DNA of 64,000 bases from Candidatus Micrarchaeota archaeon (GTDB taxonomy: Archaea > Micrarchaeota > Micrarchaeia > Norongarragalinales > Norongarragalinaceae). Numbering within the stretch: position 1 is the first letter of the stretch; each line of letters begins with the position of its first letter. Of this stretch, positions 18,832-27,650 are shown piece by piece. The DNA is taken from positions 39 to 64,038 of the forward strand of contig JBBIMI010000002.1 in the NCBI GenBank assembly GCA_037444485.1, read 5' to 3'. Under the pieces are notes generated by a model. It saw only the letters and a program-made list of their open reading frames with translations, was not told where the DNA came from and did no database searches. A program made the translations under genes and the position numbers.

Positions 18832-19683
18832 TTACTTTCCCATCGCCTTAACCTCTGCACCCGCTTCGCCGCCCGCTTCACTGCCAGCTTCACCGCTCGC
18901 TTCGGCGCTCGCTTTCGCGGCGATAGCCTCATACTTTTCTTTTAACGCGTTTACTTGAAGCTCGCGGATTTCTTTCGAAGCACGCAACCCCATTTCGATG
19001 CACTGCGCGATTTCGTTGCGCGAAAGCATTCCGTCCATTTGGTAAAGCAAGAGTTCGCCTGAACGCGGCGCGAAAATCATTGGCATGTCGCTCTCGCCGA
19101 AGTTATCCTCGTACTTGTCTAGGTCGACTACGAGTTGCCCCTCGACTTTGCCAACTGAAACGCCGCACGCGAGATCACGCAAGGGAATTCCAGCGTCCGC
19201 CAGCGCGACGCTGGCGGCAGTAATCGCGGCAACACGCGTTCCGCCGTCGCTTTGGAGAACTTCCATGTGCACGTCAATCATGGTTTTCGGGAAATCCTGC
19301 GTCAAGATAATGTTCTCGAAAACGTGTTTAGCGACTTTACTGATTTCAATGCTTCTGCGGTTGGGTCCGGCGCGTCCGTGTTCTTCAAGCGAGGCGAACG
19401 GAGTCATTATGTAACGCGCGTTGACGAGCGCGCGGTAAGGGTTCGTCAAGTGTTTGGGAAACACTTCGTGAGGCCCGTAAACGCCTGCGACTACTTTGTT
19501 TTTACCCCACTCTATGAATGCGGAACCGTCCGCTTGCTTCAAAACACCTGCACTGATTTTGATTGGGCGTAGTTGCGTGAAGCTCCTGCCGTCCGCCCTC
19601 TTTCCACTGGAAATGAGCGTGGGTTTTTCTTTTTTCAGTAAAACGATTTCCTCTTCAACCATTTTCAAGACCACCTTTTTCAC
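18832..19683 (-). CDS. rrp41: exosome complex exonuclease Rrp41 (RNase PH)
   Basis: RADGR...LRPIKISAGVLKQADGSAFIEWGKNKVVAGVYGP is the catalytic RNase PH subunit. Ala/Glu/Ser-rich low-complexity C-terminal tail. Confidence 0.8.
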   Translation of the reverse strand: MKKVVLKMVEEEIVLLKKEKPTLISSGKRADGRSFTQLRPIKISAGVLKQADGSAFIEWGKNKVVAGVYGPHEVFPKHLTNPYRALVNARYIMTPFASLEEHGRAGPNRRSIEISKVAKHVFENIILTQDFPKTMIDVHMEVLQSDGGTRVAAITAASVALADAGIPLRDLACGVSVGKVEGQLVVDLDKYEDNFGESDMPMIFAPRSGELLLYQMDGMLSRNEIAQCIEMGLRASKEIRELQVNALKEKYEAIAAKASAEASGEAGSEAGGEAGAEVKAMGK

Positions 19684-19719
19684 GAAAAAAAATCAAAGCA
19701 GAATCAAATCACTTCGGAA

Positions 19720-20343
19720 TCAAACCGCTTTGTTTTTCGCGGATTCCGCTTGCAGGAACGCGGTGATGCGGTCCGTCAAGCCGCTCAAGTGTGCTTCCCT
19801 GCAGATTTTCAAAATCGCGAGCGTGGCGAGCGCGACGTCGCCGCCCTTCAAGTAAATGCGGCCGTTCTTGCCGACGAGAATGTCTGTCCGCGTATACTGT
19901 TTCAGCGTGGTAAGCATGCTCGCGTTTCTACCTATCACGCGCGGCACTTTCACTGGTTCAATGTCTAGAATCTCGCCACCCCAAAGCCTGCGCGGGCGTC
20001 CGAGGACAGCTTCATGCACTTCGTTTACGTCGATTATTTCAGCGGAAACGACGTCGGCAAGTTCGAATGTTTCACGCGACTCGCGCGCGTTCAATTGGCC
20101 TTCGTAGGGCGAGTTTATGTCGAGCACGTAACCATTGAATTTTTCTTCTTTCACGATTCCAATAACTAAATCGCCTAATTTCGGTAAGTAGCGTCCCTTT
20201 AAAGGAATTATTCGGTCTTCCCGCATTAAAGAAATCGTGGAAGCGAACGTCTTCCCGTTTTCAATGAAAGTTCCTTCAACGCGCTTGGGCGAATCGAACA
20301 CTAGCTCGCCTGGAACAACTATTTTTTTTCCAATCAACTTCAA
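19720..20343 (-). CDS. rrp4: exosome RNA-binding subunit Rrp4 (S1 + KH)
   Basis: S1-domain GDLVIGIV..., KH region (GKNGRIYL), and conserved operon position. Confidence 0.8.
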   Translation of the reverse strand: MKLIGKKIVVPGELVFDSPKRVEGTFIENGKTFASTISLMREDRIIPLKGRYLPKLGDLVIGIVKEEKFNGYVLDINSPYEGQLNARESRETFELADVVSAEIIDVNEVHEAVLGRPRRLWGGEILDIEPVKVPRVIGRNASMLTTLKQYTRTDILVGKNGRIYLKGGDVALATLAILKICREAHLSGLTDRITAFLQAESAKNKAV

Positions 20344-20448
20344 AAAACACCCCCTTCAAAACCAAAAAACAAAGTCAAATAACAAAAAACAAACGCGAGG
20401 CAAAACTCAAAAAAAACCAAAAACTCAAAAAAAACAAAAACAACTTTT

Positions 20449-21141
20449 TTAATTCAGCGTTTTCGTTTGCGCTTGCCCTGCAGTCGTTTTGTTTAAGCGG
20501 TCTGAAAACTCTCCCAACATTCCTGCTGGAAATTCGCATACGCACGACAGCGAACCGTCCGCGCCCCACTCTTCATTCCGCATTCCGTACTCTCTCAGGA
20601 GTCCGAACGTCTTGCCAGCGAACTCTGCAGGCACTTTAACTGCAATCCTTGTTTTTTCCAAGCTTATTGGAATGATTTCGCGAATCTTTTCGATTGCGGC
20701 GACTGCTTGTTCTTCAGCGCTCTTGAAAGCATCAACGTGAAAACCTGCTTCTTCAAGCGCTTTTTCCACGCGCGCTGGCGGGTGCGGTGCTTTCGTCCGC
20801 GGGTCTACAGCCTCGCGCGAGATTAACGCGATTATCTTAGCTTTTTTTTCTTCAACGAGTTTGCGGCGTTGGTCGGTAGTCAACTGCAGCTCGCCTTCGG
20901 CGAAAATGTGGCGGGCGACTTCCATCACGTCCGTCGTGCCGAAGACTTTCTTGAGTGCACTCGCATTCTGTCGCTCGCCTTTCCGCGCGTCGCTGAACAC
21001 CTCGTCGACGACGAGAACGTTCTCGAGCGTCTTGCGCGCGCCTGTCTTGTACTCGTAAGAAAGTTTTGGGTCTACGAGAATCTCGAATTTCTCGCCGCTT
21101 TTTTCTAAACGCGCAATTATCGTGTTCTCTATTCCAGTCAT
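20449..21141 (-). CDS. sdo1: ribosome maturation factor SBDS/Sdo1
   Basis: FEILVDP...ALK.VFGTTD... pattern of the SBDS family. Classical neighbour of psmA and rrp4. Confidence 0.8.
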   Translation of the reverse strand: MTGIENTIIARLEKSGEKFEILVDPKLSYEYKTGARKTLENVLVVDEVFSDARKGERQNASALKKVFGTTDVMEVARHIFAEGELQLTTDQRRKLVEEKKAKIIALISREAVDPRTKAPHPPARVEKALEEAGFHVDAFKSAEEQAVAAIEKIREIIPISLEKTRIAVKVPAEFAGKTFGLLREYGMRNEEWGADGSLSCVCEFPAGMLGEFSDRLNKTTAGQAQTKTLN

Positions 21142-21144
21142 TTC

Positions 21145-21328
21145 ACGTCATTTCACTAATCCGGCTTTTTTCAGTTTTCCAGTTTTCTCTGGTTTTCCTG
21201 TTTTTTGATTTATTTTTTGATTTTTCTGATTTTCTAGTTTCCTGTTTTTTGATTTTTTTGATTTTTCTGATTTTTTTCTCCCCGATTTTTTTCGAGTTTT
21301 TCCGGTTTCCTTTCCCGATTTTTTGGCT
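21145..21328. repeat. phased T-rich tandem repeats (TTTTTGATTTTTCTGA-like) in the sdo1-psmA intercistronic spacer
   Basis: Direct reading: gttttttgatttattttttgatttttctgattttctagtttcctgttttttgatttttttgatttttctga... Confidence 0.7.
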
Positions 21329-22075
21329 TCAACCTTTCTTTTCAGGTTTTTCTGGTTTTTCAGGTTTTTCTGTAAAGAAAGCTGTTACTTCAGCTTGCGA
21401 GAGTAGTTTGACTTTTTTTTCTTCGGAATAAACTATCGCGATGTCAACTGTTTGCGGAAGAATTTTCTCTTCAGAGCTCTTGCGCAGCGCGCGCAACGCG
21501 AGCCGCACACCGTCCTGCAAGCTCAACCCCTCGCGGTATTCCTTGTCGAAAAACTCTTCTACAACTTTTTTTCCAGCTCCAATCGCAGTTGCCTTGTACT
21601 CAAACAATGCGCCGCTTGGGTCTGTTTCAAACAAGCGCGGCTTACCGTCTACGCCGGCAAGCAAAAGCGAAACGCCGTACGGACGAACCCCAGCGTACTG
21701 CGTAAACATTTGCACGTGGTCGCCTACTTTTTTTGAAAGCATTTCGATGCTAATTGGCTCATCGTAAGTCAACCTGTGCTTTTGCGCTTCGATGCGCGCG
21801 AAGTCCACAAGCTTTCGCGCGTCTGCAACGAGTCCGGAACTCGATGCAGCAATGTGGGAATCGATTTGAAAAATTTTTTCGTGCGACTCGCCCACGAGCA
21901 AGGCCGATGGAATGCGCTTGTGTGCTACCAACGCGACTCCGTCAGTGCACACTATTCCGATGCTCGTGCTCCCAGTCTTGACGGCTTCCCGCGCGTACTC
22001 TACCTGAAACAATCGCCCGTCGGGAGAAAATACGGTAATCGCGCGGTCGTAAGCAGCTTGGCTTGGAGGATACAT
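21329..22075 (-). CDS. psmA: proteasome subunit alpha
   Basis: [28 protein letters not shown] is the canonical alpha-subunit N-terminus. C-terminus has [13 protein letters not shown] repeats. Confidence 0.85.
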   Translation of the reverse strand: MYPPSQAAYDRAITVFSPDGRLFQVEYAREAVKTGSTSIGIVCTDGVALVAHKRIPSALLVGESHEKIFQIDSHIAASSSGLVADARKLVDFARIEAQKHRLTYDEPISIEMLSKKVGDHVQMFTQYAGVRPYGVSLLLAGVDGKPRLFETDPSGALFEYKATAIGAGKKVVEEFFDKEYREGLSLQDGVRLALRALRKSSEEKILPQTVDIAIVYSEEKKVKLLSQAEVTAFFTEKPEKPEKPEKKG

Positions 22076-22332
22076 AATCAAACTCACCTCTTTCTTTTCA
22101 GGCGTTCCACAGTTTCGCGAATTCCGCGAATTCAGCGTCACGCAATCTCTGCAATCTAATCAAACAATTAACCCTGCAAGTTAATAAAAACTTTTAAAAA
22201 CTTTTTTTTGGAGAAAGTAGAGTTGAAGCGACTCGTCAAAAATCGAGCAATCCTTCAACTGATGTTTCCCGCATTCTTTCCTCTTCCGAAAGTATTTATG
22301 AAAAAACTGTTTTTAAACGTTTCAACAAGACT

Positions 22333-22734
22333 CTAGCGAACGAGTTTTACGAGTTTTGATAATAACCCGCTTGCCTTGCGTACTCTTAAAGCAACGCCAG
22401 CGCGCTTGCCGGTTGCGAGAGAATGGAAGCGCTTGAGCGCCAACGCAGCCACGATAGACTCAAGCGAATCCGTGCGGCACTTTAAAACCGCGCGCTGCGT
22501 GCGCTCGTCGAATGCCTTGAAACGCAGGCCGGCTTGTGCTGCTCCCAACTCGCCAAGAAATTCGAAAGCAGCAGCGTAAAGCAAGTGTTTTGCTTCGCGT
22601 TCTCCGAGCTTTCCACCGCCTTCAACCGCGATTTCAACCAGCAAGTAACGCTTTTTTTCCAGCATTGAAATCAATCTTTTTATTAGTACTACTCGCCGAA
22701 CTTCTGGAACGCGCGGCCGCGCCAGCATTTCCAT
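22333..22734 (-). CDS. rnp2: RNase P protein component 2 (Pop5/Rpp14)
   Basis: KKRYLLVEI...FLGELGAAQAGLRFKAFDERTQRAVLKCRTD...ALRV matches Pop5 (KKRYIAF...LGELG..A......FDEKTQ.GI.RC). The start may be the internal Met of MLEKKRY. Confidence 0.7.
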   Translation of the reverse strand: MEMLARPRVPEVRRVVLIKRLISMLEKKRYLLVEIAVEGGGKLGEREAKHLLYAAAFEFLGELGAAQAGLRFKAFDERTQRAVLKCRTDSLESIVAALALKRFHSLATGKRAGVALRVRKASGLLSKLVKLVR

Positions 22735-22795
22735 CCAGTCACGAAAATTATTTTCTTCATTTTTTTTATTTCACGTTATTTTCTTTATTTCACGT

Positions 22796-23350
22796 TCACG
22801 CTCTCGCATTCATCAAAAACCGCGTAAGCGCTTCGCTGAGCGCGAAAACAGCTTGCTCTCGCGTCAAGCCAAGGCACTCGCCTACCGCGATTATTTCGCG
22901 GGGCGACTTTAAGTCGAACTCGCTCTCCGCGCGGCTGGTGAAAACGAATGGCGCTTTGAGCTTCAAACACTTTTTGAGAAACGCGGCCGCCTCATCGAAC
23001 AGCTTGGCGCGGTGAACGTGCGCTGAGTGCAGAAAGTAATACAACGGAATTTCGAAAACGTTTTCTGATTCGGCGACGACGCGGACCAGCCCGTCGTCGC
23101 GGTGAAAGTTTTTTACTAGAAAAGCGTTTACGAGCGCGCGGCCGCGCGCTCGCTTTGCAGCCTTGCGTAAGAGTTCGGAGTCAACTGATTCAAGCGCGTA
23201 AAAGCCATCACCATCTTCGCCGCGGATTGCATTCAAGTCGCGCTGCGTCTTGATTTCAACTGCCGGGGGCGTAAAGGTTTTCGTGAAGCCTAAGGCTAGC
23301 GCTTGCTTTTCTAGTTGCGAATTCCGCAAGTTCAAGTCGAAAAACTGCAA
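22796..23350 (-). CDS. rnp3: RNase P protein component 3 (Rpp30, TIM-barrel)
   Basis: FEIPL..., FTSRAESEFDLKSPREIIAVG..LGL match conserved Rpp30 blocks (F.SSA......R.PRD.I..G...G). Confidence 0.6.
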   Translation of the reverse strand: MQFFDLNLRNSQLEKQALALGFTKTFTPPAVEIKTQRDLNAIRGEDGDGFYALESVDSELLRKAAKRARGRALVNAFLVKNFHRDDGLVRVVAESENVFEIPLYYFLHSAHVHRAKLFDEAAAFLKKCLKLKAPFVFTSRAESEFDLKSPREIIAVGECLGLTREQAVFALSEALTRFLMNARA

Positions 23351-23376
23351 TCCGTTTCTCTACTCGTTTGCTTCAA

Positions 23377-23659
23377 GCAGCAGGCGGCGGGCCGTAGCCC
23401 GCTTTCTGTTTGTCACGGCATTGAACTAAGCGGCGTTTAAACGCCTTACACTCTTTGAACGAAGCGCGTTTCACCCTGCGAGCCGCAACGTCTCGCTTTC
23501 GCGTTCATCCTGCGCGAATGCAGGCATCGTTTCTGTTCTTCGTTCCCCGCCTTAAGCGGCGGCGCTTGCGCGCCTTTACATCGAATCGAGTGAGCGGAGC
23601 TTCCTCAGCAACCCCTTTTTTGAAGAGGGGCCACCGACAGCCGTGCACCCTCCGCCTGC
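23377..23659 (-). ncRNA. rnpB: RNase P RNA (rnpB), ~280 nt
   Basis: Minus strand carries GAGGAAGCUCCGCUC (P4 / CR-I like), CAGGGUGAAACGCGC (CR-II like) and ACAGAAAGCGGGCUAC (CR-V, ACAGAA.CCGGCUUA-like). 5'/3' termini pair as P1 (GGCAGGCGG / CCGCCUGCU). Lies directly 5' of rnp3-rnp2 on the same strand. Confidence 0.6.
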
Positions 23660-23987
23660 CTAATAGTATTATGCGTGTGCGATTATTTAAATCAGTTTAT
23701 TTTAATAACTACGCCTAAAGGCGCAGGATTCCAGCATGTTGCATGTTGCCCGGCTTGCGCTGGATGGCGTAACTATCAGCGCGCGTTATGCGTGCGTTCG
23801 TGCGCGTAACGCGAGACGTCAAGGCTTGCGCCGCCTACGCCTACGAAGCCCGCGCAATCCCTACAAAAACTGGCAAACAACTGAAGAAAAACAATTTGAT
23901 TCATTGCCTTGAAGAACAACGGATTCCTCAGCCAAACATATTAAACAAGTTTTTTCAAAAACAAATGCGTCAAAAAAGTGAAAAAGT

Positions 23988-24102
23988 GGGCCGGTAGATC
24001 AGCAGCCAAGCCCTTAAAGCGTTGCAAGACGCTTCAATGGTTTTGCTAAAGATCGCATGCTTCGCAAGCATGAGGCCGCGGGTGCAATTCCCGCCCGGTC
24101 CA
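23988..24102 (+). tRNA. tRNA-Ala (CGC) with ~43-nt insertion in the D-arm (non-canonical intron)
   Basis: GGGCCGG acceptor pairing with CCGGTCC (G3:U70 Ala identity). Anticodon stem CATGC / GCATG with loop TTCGCAA (anticodon CGC). T-arm GCGGGTGCAATTCCCGC, discriminator A. 50 nt lie between the two GATC D-stem strands, versus 7 in the intron-less Ala(GGC) gene at 61726. Confidence 0.6.
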
Positions 24103-24130
24103 CTTTCCTCTCGCTCTCTAAAAAAGGAGT

Positions 24131-25036
24131 TTGGAATTGAAGAAAAAACTCGCCATTGTTTTAAACGCTGTTGTAGCCGTCCTCTTGTTTTACTTGTTCA
24201 TTACTCGATTCGAGTTCGCAAGCTTAACTGCCCAAGCAAAACAGGTTAACCTGTTTTGGCTCGCGCCCGCAATCGCGTGCTACTTGGCGATGAACTTCAC
24301 TAGCGCGCTACGCTTAAAGAAAATACTTCGCTTACCGCTTTCCGTGACGCGCGTTTTCTTTATTCACATGCAAGCATTGCTGTTCAGCGATGTTACGCCT
24401 GGCAGGAGCGGTTACGCGTACCTCGTTTACTCGCTGCGCAAGCACCAGAAAACGTCTGTAAACGCGCGCGTTCTCGGAATCGTTCTCGCAAGCGATTTTC
24501 TCGTCCGCGCTTTCCTAATAATCGCTTCGATAGCTTTGTTCGCGAAAGGCTTTCTCGCGGCCGGCGTTTTCCTAGCAGTACTCTCCGCCTTCGCGTTGTT
24601 GTTGTTTTGGAAGCGCGTTGCGTTGGTTGAAAAAATTTTTGCGTTAATTCCTTTCGCTGGCAAAAAGCTTTCTGAAGCGTACGACGAGGTTTTCGTGCAT
24701 CACATGCATTCAAGTGTGATGCTGTACTCGCTTTACGTAAGCGCGGTAGGCGCGGTTTTGCGAGGCGCAGCCTGGTGGTTCGTGTTATACGCGATCGGCT
24801 TTTCCGCCCCGCTTTCAGCGTTCGTAGTGCTCTGCGCGTTGTTGACGAGCATTTCATTCATTCCGCTATCGATTGCTGGACTCGGGGTGCAGGAAGCGAC
24901 TGGCGCATTCTTGTTTTCGGTTCTCTTGGCTGTTCCAGCGAGCGCAGCAGCGTTATTAATGGTGTTGATTCGCGTTGTTGAAGCTGGAACAGACTTGCTG
25001 GGCTTAAAGGAATTCATTCGTTTAGAGACTTCGTAA
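24131..25036 (+). CDS. polytopic membrane protein, UPF0104 / lysyl-PG-synthase-TM (flippase-like) family
   Basis: ~8 TM segments, TTG start, family-like blocks (RLKKILRLPLS..., GVQEA). Confidence 0.5.
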   Translation: MELKKKLAIVLNAVVAVLLFYLFITRFEFASLTAQAKQVNLFWLAPAIACYLAMNFTSALRLKKILRLPLSVTRVFFIHMQALLFSDVTPGRSGYAYLVYSLRKHQKTSVNARVLGIVLASDFLVRAFLIIASIALFAKGFLAAGVFLAVLSAFALLLFWKRVALVEKIFALIPFAGKKLSEAYDEVFVHHMHSSVMLYSLYVSAVGAVLRGAAWWFVLYAIGFSAPLSAFVVLCALLTSISFIPLSIAGLGVQEATGAFLFSVLLAVPASAAALLMVLIRVVEAGTDLLGLKEFIRLETS

Positions 25037-25132
25037 TTCAAAATAATTCAAAAAAAATTTAGCTGATTTTCACTGTTTTTCACTGGCAGGGTGGTTAAAG
25101 CAAGTTTTTAAGTTGCTTGTTCCAGCAAAATA

Positions 25133-27244
25133 ATGGTCATGGAACTAGAAACGATTTTCGCTGGAGAATTAAGTTTAAACGACGTTCTTCTCAAGCTAGG
25201 CTACTCCGCGCTTAATCCCATGCAAGAGCAAGCGCTTCCACTGCTTTCTGAAACGCGTTTGCTAGTCAGCGCGCCCACAGCCAGCGGCAAGACACTATTA
25301 GCATTACTGAAAATAGTGAAAAACTTTCTTGAAACCAAGACGAAAGCGCTTTACGTAGTGCCGCTCCGCGCGCTCGCCAACGAAAAACACGCGGAGTTCG
25401 AACGCGCGCTGGCGAGCTTCGAAATGAAGGTTGCAGTAAGCACTGGCGACTACGATTCGAATAGTGAAGAACTTGCTGCCTTCGACGTGATAATAGTTAC
25501 AAGCGAAAAGCTCGACTCGCTTTTGCGTCACAAGGCAAGATGGTTGAAGGACGTTGGGTTAGCTGTAGTCGATGAAGTGCACTTGCTTAACGACGACGAG
25601 CGGGGAGCAACCCTAGAAATCGTTTTAACGAAACTAGTGCAAACGCAGGCACAGTTGCTTTGCCTCAGCGCGACAGTTCCCAACAACAAGGAAATCGCGG
25701 AATGGCTTTCAGCCGAACTCTTCACGAATTCCTGGCGTCCAACGCCACTAGAAATAGGTGTTTGCGACAAGAAAAAAATTTTCTTTGCGCAAAAAAGCGA
25801 GAAGATTAGCGACGAGAAGCTCGCACTCCAGGAACTCGTAGAAAAAGCGCTTTCAGAAAACCAACGCAAAGGCCAAGCACTAGTGTTCGTCTCAACGCGC
25901 AAGAACGCTGAAGCGCTAGCACTCGAACTCGCACAAACGACAAGCAAGTTTCTCACCGAAGAAGAAAAAAAAGAGTGCGAGTTGCTCGCCGCGCGCGCTT
26001 TGCGCGCGCTCGGCACCCCAACGCGCCAGTGCAGGCTGCTTGCCGAGTGCTTGAAGAATGGCGTGAGTTTTCATCATGCGGGTATCGAGTCGAAGCAAAG
26101 ACAGTTGATTGAAAAGGGCTTCAAGCGAGACCGCTGCATTAAAGCGATTGTTTGTACTACGACGCTAGCGATGGGTGTTGATTACCCGGCGAGTTGGGTT
26201 ATCGTCAGGGATTTGAAGCGTTTTAACGGCGCTTTTTCGGAGTTTATCCCGAATTTAGAGTGCGCTCAGATGACCGGCAGGGCAGGGCGGCCGCGCTTCG
26301 ATGCGAAGGGAACCGGGATTCTCGTCTGCAAGCCCGGCGAGCGGCGGAAAGTCGTTGAAAAATACGTTTACGGCCCTCTCGAGAATATTTACTCGAAGCT
26401 TGCGAGCGAGCCGGTGTTACGCGCGCACGTTCTCGCGCTGATTGCTGAAGACTACTGTAAGAATGCGGGCGAGTTGAAAAAATTTTTCGAAAAAACTTTT
26501 TTCGCGTTCCAGTATGGGGACTCGCGGGATTTGATTGCGAAAGTCGAGCGAGTTGTTGAAGAACTGAAGGACATGGATTTCGTGCGCGAAAAGCAGAACA
26601 CGCTTTTGGCCACGCCAGTAGGCAAGCGGACCGCCGAGTTGTACATTGACCCGTTGACCGCTTACTCGTTTTTAAAGTTTATAGACGAAACTAAAAAACG
26701 CGAAAAAAACGAATTCGCTTTCCTAATGGCTTTAAACAACGCGACCGAAGCACGGCCGCTCATTGAAGCCGCGCACGACGAGGAAAACGCTTTATGGGAA
26801 GAATTGTACGCGTTGCTCGATGATTTCGACATTCAAGCGGCAGAATTCGATGCTAGCACGCTCGACAAGTACAAAACCGCGAAAGTGTTGAACGCGTGGA
26901 TTAATGAAGAAAGTGAAGACAACATTTTTAACCAATTCAACATTCCACCCGGAGTCCTGCATGCGAGAATGCGGAATGCCGAGTGGCTTGCTTACGCGCT
27001 TCAAGAACTCGCGTTCATGCAAAACGCGACAGACGCGTTCAAGAAAGCGAGAATCCTGCGGCGAAGAATCAAGCATGGAGTAAAACGCGAGTTGCTTGAA
27101 CTCTGCCGCGTGCGCGGAATCGGGCGCGTCCGCGCTAGACGGCTTTACGCTGCCGGAATCCGCACGCTCGACGAATTCCGCGCGAAAACCAAAGACGAAA
27201 TCAAGAGTATTCTGAAGACGGGCGTCGAAGACGCGGGCGCATAA
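25133..27244 (+). CDS. hel308: Ski2-type DNA helicase Hel308 (Hjm)
   Basis: Walker A APTASGKT, DEVH box (VDEVHLL), SAT, helicase C motifs (HHAG, TTTLAMGVD, QMTGRAGR). ~700 aa with C-terminal HhH-like domain. Confidence 0.8.
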   Translation: MVMELETIFAGELSLNDVLLKLGYSALNPMQEQALPLLSETRLLVSAPTASGKTLLALLKIVKNFLETKTKALYVVPLRALANEKHAEFERALASFEMKVAVSTGDYDSNSEELAAFDVIIVTSEKLDSLLRHKARWLKDVGLAVVDEVHLLNDDERGATLEIVLTKLVQTQAQLLCLSATVPNNKEIAEWLSAELFTNSWRPTPLEIGVCDKKKIFFAQKSEKISDEKLALQELVEKALSENQRKGQALVFVSTRKNAEALALELAQTTSKFLTEEEKKECELLAARALRALGTPTRQCRLLAECLKNGVSFHHAGIESKQRQLIEKGFKRDRCIKAIVCTTTLAMGVDYPASWVIVRDLKRFNGAFSEFIPNLECAQMTGRAGRPRFDAKGTGILVCKPGERRKVVEKYVYGPLENIYSKLASEPVLRAHVLALIAEDYCKNAGELKKFFEKTFFAFQYGDSRDLIAKVERVVEELKDMDFVREKQNTLLATPVGKRTAELYIDPLTAYSFLKFIDETKKREKNEFAFLMALNNATEARPLIEAAHDEENALWEELYALLDDFDIQAAEFDASTLDKYKTAKVLNAWINEESEDNIFNQFNIPPGVLHARMRNAEWLAYALQELAFMQNATDAFKKARILRRRIKHGVKRELLELCRVRGIGRVRARRLYAAGIRTLDEFRAKTKDEIKSILKTGVEDAGA

Positions 27245-27249
27245 ATAGC

Positions 27250-27640
27250 GACGCATAATAACTTAATAACTAATAGTGTAATAGTGTATATACTAACAAT
27301 TATAAACGTCTAGCTGACAAACATCCAACAAACAAAAATATTATGCTGGCAATTATAAACGTCTAGCTGACAAACATCCAACAAACATCTTAACAAACAA
27401 AGAATTAGTAATAATAATCATAAAAAAAATAAAAAAAATAATGACTAATAAACTAGTAATAATAACTATAAAAAAATAAACTAGTAATAACTATAAAAAT
27501 GATGACTAATAAAGAATAATAATAAAAATAAAATAATATAATAATAAAAATAAAATAATATAGACCTCTATAGAAAAATAATGATTAATAACATAAATCT
27601 CTAGCGCGAAAAAATTATTTTACTCGAAAGCTTATTTGGA
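27250..27640. repeat. ~390-bp AT-rich intergenic block with several tandem direct repeats
   Basis: 38-nt unit aattataaacgtctagctgacaaacatccaacaaaca repeated twice. aataataaaaataaaataatata repeated twice. actagtaataa(ta)actataaaaa repeated twice. Confidence 0.7.
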
Positions 27641-27650
27641 GGAACCATAA

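Noticed and set aside
21145-21370. CRISPR array
   Set aside because: The repeats are short (8-16 nt), T-homopolymer-rich and lack regular spacers. There are no cas genes in the window.
23455-23718. 87-aa plus-strand ORF
   Set aside because: It lies antisense to the RNase P RNA call and its composition reflects structured GC-rich RNA rather than coding sequence.
27250-27640. Replication origin
   Set aside because: It is AT-rich with repeats, but there is no adjacent orc1/cdc6 gene and no ORB / mini-ORB-like inverted repeats. Reported only as a repeat block.
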